Notes: generated from the letters alone by a model not told the origin. 64,000 nucleotides of DNA from Euryarchaeota archaeon UBA202 (GCA_002502685.1 DAQA01000013.1:2202-66201); one strand, 5' to 3'. Positions 19,745 through 30,461 are shown, counted from the stretch's first letter. Numbers and translations are program-made.

Positions 19745-22492
19745 ATGAACCAAAGACAGTATCATCAGGTTTTTTATGGTAAAAGTCTTGTCCTTATTTC
19801 ATGTCTATTGCTACTTGTGGCAAGTACTGTATTTCCCCTTGGAAGCCTAGCCAGTGAAACCCCGCTAGAATTACCCCGAGGAGAGACCCGTTCTATACCG
19901 GGTTCTTTTGATCTTCGAAATGTGAACGGTACCAATTATGTCACCTCCGTGAAAAACCAGGAAGGAGGAACCTGTTGGACCCATGGTGCCGTGGCGGCCC
20001 TGGAGGGCAACCTACTGATGACCGGCAACTGGGAATCAGCGAGGGAAACAGGGGAGCCGAATCTTGCAGAGTATCATCTTGATTGGTGGAATGGCTTTAA
20101 TACCCATTGTAATGATGATGATCCCGGGGGTGGCGGGCTCACCGTTCATCAAGGAGGTGACTATCGAGTCACCTCGGCCTATCTCTCACGTTGCGAAGGA
20201 GCGGTTCGGGATATTGATGGCCAATCATATAGCACACCTCCTGAGAGGTATAATGACAGTTATCACTATTATTACCCCCGGGATATTGAATGGTACACCG
20301 CGGGGGGCAACCTGGAAAATATCACTATTATCAAAAGCCATATCATGACCGAGGGAGTAATGGGGACATGCATGTGTTATGATGACAATTTCATAAATGG
20401 TAACTATGTCCACTATCAGCCACCCACAAGTACCCTTGATCCCAACCATGCCGTTGCCATTATTGGATGGGATGATAATAAAACAACGACACAGGCGCCA
20501 CAACCCGGGGCATGGCTGTGCAAGAATAGCTGGGGAAGTTCCTGGGGTTTGGATGGATTTTTTTGGATATCCTATTATGATAAACACTGTTGCCAGCATC
20601 CAGAAATGGGGGCCATATCCTTCCAGGATGTAGAATTCATGCGGTATGAAAACATCTATTATCACGATTACCACGGGTGGCGTGCAAGCATTACGGGCAT
20701 CACTGAGGCATTTAATGCATATACTGCAACAGAGGAAGGATTACTCCATGAAGTAAGTTTTTATACAACAGGGGATAATGTCACCTATACCGTAAAGGTG
20801 TATGATAGTTTTCAGAATGACTCTCTACAAAATGAGCTTGCCAGCACCACCGGGATTATAACATATACAGGGTTTCACACCGTTACCCTGAATACTTCAG
20901 TATTCCTCACAGTGGGAAATGATTTCTATATCTATCTAAATCTCTCCAATAGTAAACACCCCATTGATATCACCTCTGAAGTACCCGTTCTATTGGGATT
21001 CAATTCTACACGTGTCACGGTGGTATCTGCTTCGAATCCCGGTGAAAGCTATTACTATAACGGCGTAAACTGGCAAGATCTGTATAATTGGAATAATACC
21101 GCCAATTTTTGTATCAAGGGACTAATCTCCCCCGCGTTTCATATCAGCTATCCCAATGGCCTTCCCGGCATCATAGAGCCAGGAAACTCGCCTACCTTAA
21201 CAATCAAGATAGAGGAAATGGGTGATACCTATGTCCCCGGGACAGGCTATATTCATTATCGGTATGACCAGGGAACTTATGAGACTCTTCCCTTGACCCA
21301 AAATGAAAGCAACATTTATGAGGTTACCTTGCCCCCTGTTACCTGTGGCAACATCCATGAGTATTATTTCAGCCTGGATGGATCAGTTACGGGTACCCTT
21401 TATGACCCCCCTAGTGCACCTAGTGAGACATATAGTTTTTGTGTGGGAACACTGACACCATTATTCAGTGATAACTTTGAGACAGATACAGGCTGGACAG
21501 TGGAAAATGACCTTTCTCTTACCGCGGGCGCCTGGGAGAGAGGAATACCCGTGGGGGGCGGTAATCGAGGTGACCCACCCGATGATTATGATGGGTCAGG
21601 GAAATGTTATCTTACAGAGAATGCTTATGGTGATTCGGATGTTGATGGGGGTACTACATGGCTAATATCACCCTCCCTGGATGTGGCCTTTGCCCCGGAT
21701 GTAAAAATTAGTTATGCCATTTGGTACACCAATGATTATGGGAGTGCTCCCTATTCGGATGTTTTCCATGTCCATGTATCAAATGATGGAGGTGCTACCT
21801 GGGTGCTGGTGCAAACAATTGGCCCGAAGTCAGCTCCAGGGTGGACGGTATATAGTTTTTGGGTGAATGAGTATATTTCTCCCACAAGCCAGGTAAAAGT
21901 TCGCTTTGAGGCATCAGACCTAGAGAATGGATCTGTTGTTGAGGCTGGCGTGGATGCATTTCATGTATATCTTTTTAATTGCACCAATGTCTTTGAGTAT
22001 GTCCCTATAACCTTATATCAAGGATGGAATTTAATCACGTGCCCCTTGGAACAGGAGTACACGGCGGAAACACTGGGTAACGCAATCACTGATTGTACCG
22101 TGGTTATCATGTTTAATGGGAGTAGCCAGACATTCTTGACCCATGTGGTGGGTACACCCCATGATGATTTCCCTCTCCTGGATGGCGTGGGCTATTTTAT
22201 CTATGTAAATAATACAACCATTTTTACCCATGTTGGATTCTCCATCCCCAGTATCACGGTCCCTATCTTTAAGGAGTGGAACCTGGTTGGATGGAGTGAC
22301 TATACAAATACCACGGCGGTAGCACTTGGTAATGCTATCATCGATACCACGGTTGTGAGCATGTTTGATGCCGAAAGTAAAACATTTATAACCCATGTGG
22401 TAGGTACACCCCATGATAACTTTATCATCACTCGGGGCATGGGACTTTTTATCTATGCAACTGAGAGTAGCATCTGGCATGGAGAGGGTTAA
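19745..22492 (+). CDS. Secreted papain-like (C1A) cysteine peptidase with lectin-like, jelly-roll and tandem C-terminal domains
   Basis: Signal peptide; [14 protein letters not shown] (Gln/Cys), [11 protein letters not shown] (His) and KNSWG (Asn). Confidence 0.9.
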   Translation: MNQRQYHQVFYGKSLVLISCLLLLVASTVFPLGSLASETPLELPRGETRSIPGSFDLRNVNGTNYVTSVKNQEGGTCWTHGAVAALEGNLLMTGNWESARETGEPNLAEYHLDWWNGFNTHCNDDDPGGGGLTVHQGGDYRVTSAYLSRCEGAVRDIDGQSYSTPPERYNDSYHYYYPRDIEWYTAGGNLENITIIKSHIMTEGVMGTCMCYDDNFINGNYVHYQPPTSTLDPNHAVAIIGWDDNKTTTQAPQPGAWLCKNSWGSSWGLDGFFWISYYDKHCCQHPEMGAISFQDVEFMRYENIYYHDYHGWRASITGITEAFNAYTATEEGLLHEVSFYTTGDNVTYTVKVYDSFQNDSLQNELASTTGIITYTGFHTVTLNTSVFLTVGNDFYIYLNLSNSKHPIDITSEVPVLLGFNSTRVTVVSASNPGESYYYNGVNWQDLYNWNNTANFCIKGLISPAFHISYPNGLPGIIEPGNSPTLTIKIEEMGDTYVPGTGYIHYRYDQGTYETLPLTQNESNIYEVTLPPVTCGNIHEYYFSLDGSVTGTLYDPPSAPSETYSFCVGTLTPLFSDNFETDTGWTVENDLSLTAGAWERGIPVGGGNRGDPPDDYDGSGKCYLTENAYGDSDVDGGTTWLISPSLDVAFAPDVKISYAIWYTNDYGSAPYSDVFHVHVSNDGGATWVLVQTIGPKSAPGWTVYSFWVNEYISPTSQVKVRFEASDLENGSVVEAGVDAFHVYLFNCTNVFEYVPITLYQGWNLITCPLEQEYTAETLGNAITDCTVVIMFNGSSQTFLTHVVGTPHDDFPLLDGVGYFIYVNNTTIFTHVGFSIPSITVPIFKEWNLVGWSDYTNTTAVALGNAIIDTTVVSMFDAESKTFITHVVGTPHDNFIITRGMGLFIYATESSIWHGEG

Positions 22493-22644
22493 AAAAGAAT
22501 AGGAATGATAGAGGGTAATAAAAAATCCATCCTTTTTATGCCCGGGTATGACTTGTGCCTTCCTCTCTAGGGGTTGCCCGGGGGATGAATGGCTTGGATG
22601 ATCGGGGGGACAAAATTTTAAATGGGAACAACCAATAAGTTTTT

Positions 22645-23496
22645 ATGGTACGAAAAGCAGTGGTGGCTGGAACATTTTATCCTAGAACACCTGAGGCGTT
22701 AAAAGAACAGATTCAGCACTGTTTCATGCACCCCCTTGGGCCCCGAAAGATTCCAAAAGTGGGTACCCGGAGAACAATAAAGGGGGTAATTGTTCCTCAC
22801 GCTGGCTATATATACTCGGGACATGTCGCTGCACATTGCTATGCTGCAATCGCAGAGAATGGATTTCCTGAAACATTTATTATCCTGGGACCTAACCACA
22901 CGGGACAGGGTTCAGGAGTCGCTTTGGTAACCCAGGGTTCCTGGGAAACACCCCTGGGGGAAATACCCATTGATAAAGAAACTGCTCCCCAGCTTGTGAA
23001 GGGAATAATTGATAAAGATGAAAAAGCTCATCAATTTGAGCATTCCATTGAGGTACAGTTACCCTTCCTCCAATATTTCAAGGATTTCACGTTTATTCCT
23101 ATTTCCATGGCCCTGCAGGACTTACAGACGGCACAGGAGATAGGTGACATACTGGGCTCAATCACCAAGGATGCCATTGTGATCGCCTCCACTGATTTCT
23201 CCCACGTAGGTTCTCATTATATGCAGATGCCACCCCGGGGTATACGGGTTGATGAATGGGCTGCTGAACAAGACCACTTTGCCATAGAAAAGATACTTAC
23301 CCTAAATGAAAGAGACTTTATGAAAACAGTTATGGAAAAGAATATTTCCATGTGTGGCTATGGATGTGTCACAGCACTATTGATCGCTGTGAAAAAATGG
23401 GGTGCCACAAAGGCTCGTCTTTTAAAATATGCCACCTCCTATGATGTCACACCGGGTGAATCATGTGTGGGATATGGCGCTCTGGTAATTGAGTAG
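22645..23496 (+). CDS. MEMO1-family protein (AmmeMemoRadiSam protein B)
   Basis: VAGTFYP, PHAGYIYSG, GPNHTG, EHSIEVQLPF, STDFSH and SMCG. Confidence 0.93.
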   Translation: MVRKAVVAGTFYPRTPEALKEQIQHCFMHPLGPRKIPKVGTRRTIKGVIVPHAGYIYSGHVAAHCYAAIAENGFPETFIILGPNHTGQGSGVALVTQGSWETPLGEIPIDKETAPQLVKGIIDKDEKAHQFEHSIEVQLPFLQYFKDFTFIPISMALQDLQTAQEIGDILGSITKDAIVIASTDFSHVGSHYMQMPPRGIRVDEWAAEQDHFAIEKILTLNERDFMKTVMEKNISMCGYGCVTALLIAVKKWGATKARLLKYATSYDVTPGESCVGYGALVIE

Positions 23497-23865
23497 TTAT
23501 TTTGCCTTGGAGAGAGATAAAGCATTTTGTATTTTGCTTTGTAGTTCCTGGGATTTTTCCTTGAATCGTCCTTCTTGTTGCTCCAGTGTTTTTTTCCGTA
23601 TCTCAAGGGTTTCTTTGTTCTCTATAAGCTCTTTTTCAATTGATTGTTTATTGGGTGTCTGGATAAGGAGTGCACCAATGCTTTTATAGATCGGTGTTTT
23701 CTCTGTGGTTTTCTTTAATTCTTCAAGTGCTCGTTCGGTATCATTTAACCGGAAATCAATTTGTGTTTTTTGTTGGGTGACAAGTTGTAATTGTTGCTGT
23801 ATTTGTTGTAATTTCCCCAATTGATTCTGTATCTGAGGTGGAAGATGTTTCGGATCTATGGCCAT
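23497..23865 (-). CDS. pfdB: Prefoldin subunit beta
   Basis: LPPQIQNQL..QQ coiled coils flanking IYKSIGALLI. Confidence 0.93.
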   Translation of the reverse strand: MAIDPKHLPPQIQNQLGKLQQIQQQLQLVTQQKTQIDFRLNDTERALEELKKTTEKTPIYKSIGALLIQTPNKQSIEKELIENKETLEIRKKTLEQQEGRFKEKSQELQSKIQNALSLSKAK

Positions 23866-23905
23866 TAAATAGACCTAATAGCCATCTCTCTCTTAAAGAT
23901 TGTGA

Positions 23906-25201
23906 TTAGGGATATACTCTTCTGACCAAGCGGGGGAAAGGCGTCATGTCTCGGATATGTTCCTGTTGGGTAATCCAGCATAACAATCGTTCAATACCCA
24001 TGCCAAAACCAGAGTGAGGAATGGATCCAAAACGTCGAAGATCAAAAAACCATTCATAATTCTCCAGCTTCGCACCTTGTTTTTTAAGTCGCATTTTCAT
24101 GGATGAGATGTCCTCGGATCGTTGGCTGCCCCCAATAATTTCACCATATCCTTGGGGGGCTAACATATCGGAACATTCAACTGTTTTCCCATCTGGGGAT
24201 AATTTCATATAAAATGCTTTAATTTCCTGGGGGAAATGAGTAATAAACAAGGGCTTTTCCTCCCCGACTGTAAGAACTTTTTCTTGGGATACACCAAAAT
24301 CATCACCCCAGGTGAAATCAAATCCTTTTTTTTGTAAACGGGTAACGGCTTCTTTGTACGTAATTTTTGGAAAGGGCGGGGTTATCTTTTGAAGGTCCAA
24401 GGGATTACATCCGAGAGCTTCAAGATTGGATGTGCATGCCGTGCTGATGTTTTGGCATACGTAACTGATAAGTTCTTCTTGCAAGGCCATGTTTTGATTG
24501 TTATCAAGCCAGGCCTCTTCTGCTTCAAGATGCCAGTATTCTATGAGATGACGTCGCGTCCGGGATTTTTCAGCTCGAAAAGAGGGAGTAAGACACCAAA
24601 CTCTTTCTAAGGAAAAAATCAATGCTTCAAGATACATCTGAGCGGTTTGGGATAAAAAGGCCTTTTGATCAAAATATTTGAAGGTAAAGGCTGTTGCTCC
24701 CCCCTCTGCAGCATTAGTGGTAATAACAGAGGGAGTTGTCTCAAAAAAATCATGTGTAGCAAACCAGTCCCGTATTATGCGGAGGAGAGATGCTTTAATC
24801 TTCATTATGTGAGTGAGTTGCTGGGAGCGAACCCAGAGATGCCTATGGTCAAGCAAGATTTCGGTGCTGTGTTGTTCTGTTATGGGAAAGATATCAGCAG
24901 AATTAATAACCGTAAAACTCTCCGGATGGATTTCCCATCCACCCGGGGCTCTTTTATCCTTAATAACCTGTCCTTCTAGAGACACAGAGGATTCAATTAA
25001 TGCCTTCTTTGCCGCCTCGAATTCATCATCCGGTATTCCCCCTTTTTCAATTGTGACCTGGATTATACCCGTGGCATCCCGTACTTGAAGAAAAATGAGT
25101 TTTCCACTACTTCGGGTACGATGAATCCATCCCCGTATCCGTACCTTTTCCCCTGTTTTCCCTGAAAGGATATTATCTATCCTGTCCCATATCTGTGCCA
25201 T
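23906..25201 (-). CDS. asnS: Asparagine--tRNA ligase
   Basis: OB fold (RGWIHRTRSSGK), AEGGAT, FRAEKSRTRRH, GEIIGGSQR and PHSGFGMGIERL. Confidence 0.93.
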   Translation of the reverse strand: MAQIWDRIDNILSGKTGEKVRIRGWIHRTRSSGKLIFLQVRDATGIIQVTIEKGGIPDDEFEAAKKALIESSVSLEGQVIKDKRAPGGWEIHPESFTVINSADIFPITEQHSTEILLDHRHLWVRSQQLTHIMKIKASLLRIIRDWFATHDFFETTPSVITTNAAEGGATAFTFKYFDQKAFLSQTAQMYLEALIFSLERVWCLTPSFRAEKSRTRRHLIEYWHLEAEEAWLDNNQNMALQEELISYVCQNISTACTSNLEALGCNPLDLQKITPPFPKITYKEAVTRLQKKGFDFTWGDDFGVSQEKVLTVGEEKPLFITHFPQEIKAFYMKLSPDGKTVECSDMLAPQGYGEIIGGSQRSEDISSMKMRLKKQGAKLENYEWFFDLRRFGSIPHSGFGMGIERLLCWITQQEHIRDMTPFPRLVRRVYP

Positions 25202-25364
25202 TTTACTACAAATAAGGTATCCTCATAAAATCTTTTGTGTTCGCAAACCAAGATATATTAGCCTAGGGATAGGTTATATAGAAACAAATGGGGGTGCTGT
25301 AGCATAATGAAACAGCAGAGGAGTTGGCCACCTTAGTATTTTTTTTCTTCTAAAATTTTACAGA

Positions 25365-25736
25365 CTAAATGGTATATTTCAGCTCGTCCGTATCCTTCAT
25401 TGGAATAGCGTTGCCGTACTTTTTTACCACTTCTTTGACCAGGGGATCACCCATTTCTTGTATAATTTCCCGTATGATTTCTTCTAATCCTGTTTGCCGT
25501 ACCGAACTGGAAACATAAACATGGATCTCTTTTAGGGCAGCAATAATTTCTATGATGGAAAGAAATAAAACAAAACCTGAGGCTAGAATAATGAGTTCAT
25601 CATGATGGATAATGGAATAATAAAATATTTCAGCATCGGCAAGTAAGACAATAAAGGGAATGATTAAAACTATTTTTTCCCAACGTGTAGCACTCCCTAG
25701 TTCTTCAAGGAATTTCCTGCAATACCTATGCCTCAT
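25365..25736 (-). CDS. Small two-TM membrane protein, third gene of the OPT operon; possible -1 frameshift extension to 25333
   Basis: Two hydrophobic helices; starts 3 nt after the PqqD gene stop; A_AAA_AAG at 25425-25419. Confidence 0.7.
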   Translation of the reverse strand: MRHRYCRKFLEELGSATRWEKIVLIIPFIVLLADAEIFYYSIIHHDELIILASGFVLFLSIIEIIAALKEIHVYVSSSVRQTGLEEIIREIIQEMGDPLVKEVVKKYGNAIPMKDTDELKYTI

Positions 25737-25739
25737 TGT

Positions 25740-26108
25740 TTAGGTTATGGAATAATCCTCAATAATCTTTTCGGAAGACTCCAGAGAGATGAGATTATTT
25801 TTTTCTAGATCATATAAAAATTGTACCAGTCTTTCCTCAAGGTTTTCTTCACCAAAATTATTTTTTATAGACGTAAGGATGTTCTCTACGGAATGATGGC
25901 CATCACAGTATTTCCACACAAATGATCCAAGATGATCAAGATGGAGCAAAATATGGGGATCACGGCGAAGTAGCCGGCAGAATAGTTTCCCAATTGTTCC
26001 CTGAAATTTAGGGACCTTGATGCGGACATGATCTTCCTGACTAAACCATTCTGCTTGCCGGAGAGGAAGAGATGTTTTCTTAATGGAATATAATTTATGC
26101 TTGGGCAT
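25740..26108 (-). CDS. PqqD-family / RiPP recognition element (RRE)-like protein
   Basis: 'LHLDHLGSFVWKYCDGHHSVENI...LVQFLYDLEKNNLI' winged-helix signature; overlaps the OPT stop. Confidence 0.8.
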   Translation of the reverse strand: MPKHKLYSIKKTSLPLRQAEWFSQEDHVRIKVPKFQGTIGKLFCRLLRRDPHILLHLDHLGSFVWKYCDGHHSVENILTSIKNNFGEENLEERLVQFLYDLEKNNLISLESSEKIIEDYSIT

Positions 26109-28110
26109 TCCCTTTTCCTTGGGCCTTGGTAAACTCCCGGAGAACAAGATACCCAATCAAAAAGGCAATATAACACCACACTAAAAGACCAGGCCATGAG
26201 GGTGCCACATTGAAAACCTTGAGATCTATACTTCCAATGATAAGAAATGCGGCAATAACACCCATTAATGCCTCTCCTGCAATCAATCCCGCGGTAAACA
26301 AAATTCCTGTTCTTCGCGCCTTTTCCTTGGGATTCACTCCTTTTTGTTTAACCGCCATTTCCCAGTCACCAATTTCTTCTTCATCACTTTGGGGTGACCT
26401 TTTATCAATTATTCTATCAACGACTGCCCGGACACCACCCCCTACAAAAATGGGGATGGTAAGAGAAAAGGGAAGATAGGTACCGATGGCAACCGGGAGA
26501 ACAGGAAGATCCATAAGGATAAGTATGATGGCAAGAACAGCACCAGCAATCACATATGGCCAAATCATTTCACCTCCGAGGACACCACGGACTACACCAG
26601 CCATAAGAAATGCCTGCGGGGCAGGAAGATTGGGGCTTCCAATGGTATAGGCCGAATGTAGAGAGGCAACCACAAGGCCTAATATGGGAGCGGCAGCAAT
26701 GACTCCAACCATCTCGGCAACCTGCATTTTCCACGGTGTGGCACCAATCATATGACCCGAGGACATGGATTGGAGAACATCTCCTGAAATAGCAGCGGCG
26801 CAACACACAACAGCTGCCATTCCAATTACAATGGCCATACCGCCAGCACCAGTGATACCGAAGGCCAATAAAATGAGACTGACAAAGAGAAGAACAGAAA
26901 CAGTGACCCCGGAGATGGGGTTATTAGATGACCCAAGAAGACCCGCCATATAACCTGCTATTGCTGATGCTACAAAGGCTACCAATAAGAGAAGAGCAGC
27001 CATAAATGCAGATAGAGCTACAAGATCAGAAATCCAGGTATATAAAAGAAACATGGGTATCACCATGAGGGCAATGGCCAAAAAAACTTTTTTGTAGGCA
27101 AGATCTTGATTTGTTCTCTTTTTTGACCCTGTATCTCCCCCCCGGATACCCGTGACTGCTTCCTTGATACCACTGACTAAATTATTTCTTAAACTCCAAA
27201 TAGTCCACAGTCCTCCCACGACCATGGCGCCTACACCGATATATCTTACCTGATCACCCCAGATAGTATAAAACCCGCCCAGAAGGGGACCAAGGTTGGC
27301 ATATTGCCCTATAGGTTCAGGTAATCCACTGGCGAGGATAATCAGGGGTGTAATAATCACCCAGCTGATCAGGCCTCCACACAGAACAAAAGATGCAATA
27401 CGGGGACCAATGATATATCCAACACCCAAGAGGGCTGGAGATGAGGCCACCCCGCCATAGAGATATCCTTTACTGGTTTTCCCCAAGATGGTGTATTTTC
27501 CTATGGAGATAATATCTTCGGTAACACCCCGGAAAAGATTAAGGGAAACCTGGCAAAATTTTACCAGAGCGGCCAACAGGGCACCCACCGGCATCCATAT
27601 ACTTTGGCCACCACCTTTATTTGTTTTCTTTTCTCCTCCTTCTCCTACGGTTGTTGTTAATACCGCTGCGACGGCAATACCTTCCGGGAAAGGAAGATCA
27701 GTTTGGACAATTAATGCTCTGCGCAGTGGAACCATCCAGAGTACCCCTAAAATTCCGCCAATTAAGGCAATAACGGTTGTTTCCAGATAATGAATGTCTT
27801 CCCATACCCCTAGAACAACAAGAGCAGGGATGGTAAAGATAATTCCGGCTGCCAGGGCTTCACCGGCTGCTGTTCCCATCATTCCCAGGTTGACTTCAAG
27901 GATGGTTCCTTTAAAGGGTTTAAGTATTGCAAGGGACATGATCGCCCCTGGTATGGCAGCAGAAACCGTCATACCCGCATAAAGACCAAGATACGCATTG
28001 GCGGATCCCATCACTATGGCAAGGAGCATGCCCACGAGAATTGCTTTTAATGTTAATTCGGGGATGATACGCTCTGAGGGTATAAATGACTGAAAATCTT
28101 CCCGGGACAT
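26095..28110 (-). CDS. OPT-family oligopeptide transporter
   Basis: ELTLKA, NAYLGLYAGMTVSAAIP, GSSNNPISG, GATPWKMQ, LPAPQA and GLIAGEALMG; GGAGG ribosome-binding site. Confidence 0.93.
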   Translation of the reverse strand: MSREDFQSFIPSERIIPELTLKAILVGMLLAIVMGSANAYLGLYAGMTVSAAIPGAIMSLAILKPFKGTILEVNLGMMGTAAGEALAAGIIFTIPALVVLGVWEDIHYLETTVIALIGGILGVLWMVPLRRALIVQTDLPFPEGIAVAAVLTTTVGEGGEKKTNKGGGQSIWMPVGALLAALVKFCQVSLNLFRGVTEDIISIGKYTILGKTSKGYLYGGVASSPALLGVGYIIGPRIASFVLCGGLISWVIITPLIILASGLPEPIGQYANLGPLLGGFYTIWGDQVRYIGVGAMVVGGLWTIWSLRNNLVSGIKEAVTGIRGGDTGSKKRTNQDLAYKKVFLAIALMVIPMFLLYTWISDLVALSAFMAALLLLVAFVASAIAGYMAGLLGSSNNPISGVTVSVLLFVSLILLAFGITGAGGMAIVIGMAAVVCCAAAISGDVLQSMSSGHMIGATPWKMQVAEMVGVIAAAPILGLVVASLHSAYTIGSPNLPAPQAFLMAGVVRGVLGGEMIWPYVIAGAVLAIILILMDLPVLPVAIGTYLPFSLTIPIFVGGGVRAVVDRIIDKRSPQSDEEEIGDWEMAVKQKGVNPKEKARRTGILFTAGLIAGEALMGVIAAFLIIGSIDLKVFNVAPSWPGLLVWCYIAFLIGYLVLREFTKAQGKGNAQA

Positions 28111-28150
28111 GGCATTCCTCCTTTCTATAATCCCACTTAGTTTTATAAAT

Positions 28151-28201
28151 CCATCGTTTTATATACCTGTTGGACAAAACCCCCCAAAAATGGGGGGTTT
28201 T
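28151..28201 (-). promoter_or_regulatory. OPT promoter: palindrome AAAACCCCCC-N6-GGGGGGTTTT, 10 bp upstream of TATATAAAACGATGG
   Basis: Perfect 10-bp inverted repeat at 28176-28201. TATA box ~50 bp upstream of the OPT ATG. The module recurs at 36989-37040. Confidence 0.7.
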
Positions 28202-28549
28202 ATAAAACTGCAGCTATAGGCAGGGTTGTATTTTTGTGGCATAGGGTTGTTCACAAGGGTTGTTCGCCATGATAACCACCATTGCATCAAGAACAAGCAT
28301 ACCTTGTACAATCATCATTGTTGTTAAGGCTTGTTCACCATAATAATTTGACCCTTATCTTTTAAAAACAACAAACCCTATTCTCATTTAATGGAGAAAA
28401 AAAACAGTTTTCATAGCGGGACTCACATTAGGAATTTTATTATGTTTAATAGGAGCTTTCTTAATGATTTTTGACACCTTCCCTTTATCTGCAAGAATAA
28501 CGATTGTTAAAGTGTCATTTATATTTTCCATCGTCACGAAGGCAACAAC

Positions 28550-28753
28550 ATGGAGCATAAAGATTCCCTGGGTAATGTGGAATTCGATGACTACATGAAA
28601 AACTTTAATAACCTGGTTTTGAACTATTTTCCCAGTAAAAAGGTGACAAATCTTTATTATTGCGGCCACTACACCCATCCAGGGATCGGTGTCCCCGTAA
28701 CTTTGATTTCTTCCCAGTTGGCGACACAAAAAATAGTCGATTCCCTAAAATAA
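28550..28753 (+). pseudogene. C-terminal remnant of a phytoene desaturase (CrtI)-family gene
   Basis: 'SKKVTNLYYCGHYTHPGIGVPVTLISSQL' is the family C-terminal motif; the FAD-binding N-terminus is absent. Confidence 0.65.
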
Positions 28754-28764
28754 AAAACTGTCTT

Positions 28765-29628
28765 TCAGTTAAACAATTTTCCCGTTATTTTCGTCCACAT
28801 CTTACTGATTCTCTCAGCGATCTCTCCCTTTGAGAATTCTATAATAGTCTTTTCATCTACCATGGCGTCAGTTACAACACTATCATATGGTAGCTTTCCT
28901 ACAATCTCGATATTCTTTTTGTTACAGTAGCTCTCAATTTTTTTTGTATTTTCGGTATTGATGTCATATTTATTAATGCACACAACAGCACGAAGATGAA
29001 AATAGTGTGCCACACCCAGGATTCGGTCAAAATCATGTATGGCAGAAAGTGTTGGCTCGGTAACAATCAACACGAGATCAACACCAGTTAATGAGGATAT
29101 CACAGGACAGCCAATACCCGGAGGCCCATCAATAATTATCAGTTCTTTCTTTTTTTCCTGGGCAATCATTTTTGCATTATTTCTTACCACCGTGACTAGT
29201 TTTCCGGATGCCTCCTCGGCAGTGTTTAACCTGGCGTGAGCCATTGGTCCAAATCGTGTCTCAGAAATATAGGCGATACCTGATTCCCGTTCAACCATTG
29301 TGATGGCATCAACAGGGCATACATAGGCACAAACACCGCATCCCTCGCAAGCTTCCGTAATGAGGTTGATGTCTTCATCAATGGCATCAAAATTACACAA
29401 TTCATAACATTTTTTACAACCTATACAGCGGTCCTTGTTAATGTGGGCGATCTTTAATCCATGAAATATTGTCGACTCTAAGACCCGAGGTTTGAGAATT
29501 AGATGCAGATCTGCAGCGTCAACATCGCAATCAGCAAGAACAGCATTGTTTGCAAGAGATGCAAACGCAGCTGTGATCGAGGTTTTTCCTGTTCCCCCTT
29601 TCCCACTGATTACAGTTACTTGTTTCAT
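28765..29628 (-). CDS. MinD-superfamily P-loop ATPase with inserted 2x[4Fe-4S] domain (COG1149)
   Basis: SGKGGTGKT, DCDVDA, two CxxCxxCxxxC motifs and DGPPGIGCP. Confidence 0.92.
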   Translation of the reverse strand: MKQVTVISGKGGTGKTSITAAFASLANNAVLADCDVDAADLHLILKPRVLESTIFHGLKIAHINKDRCIGCKKCYELCNFDAIDEDINLITEACEGCGVCAYVCPVDAITMVERESGIAYISETRFGPMAHARLNTAEEASGKLVTVVRNNAKMIAQEKKKELIIIDGPPGIGCPVISSLTGVDLVLIVTEPTLSAIHDFDRILGVAHYFHLRAVVCINKYDINTENTKKIESYCNKKNIEIVGKLPYDSVVTDAMVDEKTIIEFSKGEIAERISKMWTKITGKLFN

Positions 29629-30461
29629 TTCTTTACCTCTGCTTGTATTTTGTTGAAAAGATCGCAAAACCGTTGTCTCCATTCAGGTAACTCAGTCACA
29701 AAGGGGATGCCATTGGAATAGAGATTTGCAATTTTTTCACTATGGGGTATTTTCATTAAAATAGGTATTTTTTCTTTCTGGCAGTAATCCTCAACTTTTC
29801 TATATCCAATACCGTCTCGATTAATAATAACTCCAAACGGTATTTTTAGATACCTGATCACCTCCACGGCTAGTTTAAGATCATGCAGGCCAAAGGGTGT
29901 GGGCTCAGTTACCAGTATACAATAATCTGAACCATTAACCGCTTCAATAACGGGGCAAGACGTACCGGGAGGCGCATCAAGAATGACCCGCTTATCTCTC
30001 GTTATTCTTCGTTTCAAGGCTTTAATTACAGGGATAGCTTGAATTTCGCCCACATTTAATAATCCATGGTAAAAATCAAGTCCATCTGCCATACCATGTT
30101 CAATCAATCCTACAACTCGTTTATCCCAGCTAATAGCATTCCATGGGCACACAAGTTTACATCCTCCACATGAATGGCATAATTCGGGAAAAACAAGAAT
30201 ATCGGTGGGTACAACAGCCAAGGCATTATACATACAGAACTCAGAACATTTTCCACAAAAATCACAAAGAGTCTTATCGATTTTGGGTATATCCACGGAG
30301 ATTTCTTTCCGTTCATGTATAGGTGCATTAAGAAAAATATTTGCATTTGGTTCTTCCACATCACAATCGATAAGCTGTACCCCCTCAAGACTTAATGCAA
30401 GGTTCGTGGCAACTGTTGTTTTTCCTGTTCCCCCCTTCCCGCTGGCAATGGAAATAATCAT
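29625..30461 (-). CDS. MinD-superfamily P-loop ATPase with inserted ferredoxin domain (COG1149 paralogue)
   Basis: ASGKGGTGKTT, DCDVEEPN, two Fe-S motifs, DAPPGTSCP and TEPTPFGLHDL. Confidence 0.92.
   Translation of the reverse strand: MIISIASGKGGTGKTTVATNLALSLEGVQLIDCDVEEPNANIFLNAPIHERKEISVDIPKIDKTLCDFCGKCSEFCMYNALAVVPTDILVFPELCHSCGGCKLVCPWNAISWDKRVVGLIEHGMADGLDFYHGLLNVGEIQAIPVIKALKRRITRDKRVILDAPPGTSCPVIEAVNGSDYCILVTEPTPFGLHDLKLAVEVIRYLKIPFGVIINRDGIGYRKVEDYCQKEKIPILMKIPHSEKIANLYSNGIPFVTELPEWRQRFCDLFNKIQAEVKK

Noticed and set aside
25740..26108. PQQ or RiPP biosynthetic cluster
   Set aside because: No pqqB/C/E, SPASM radical SAM or convincing precursor is adjacent.
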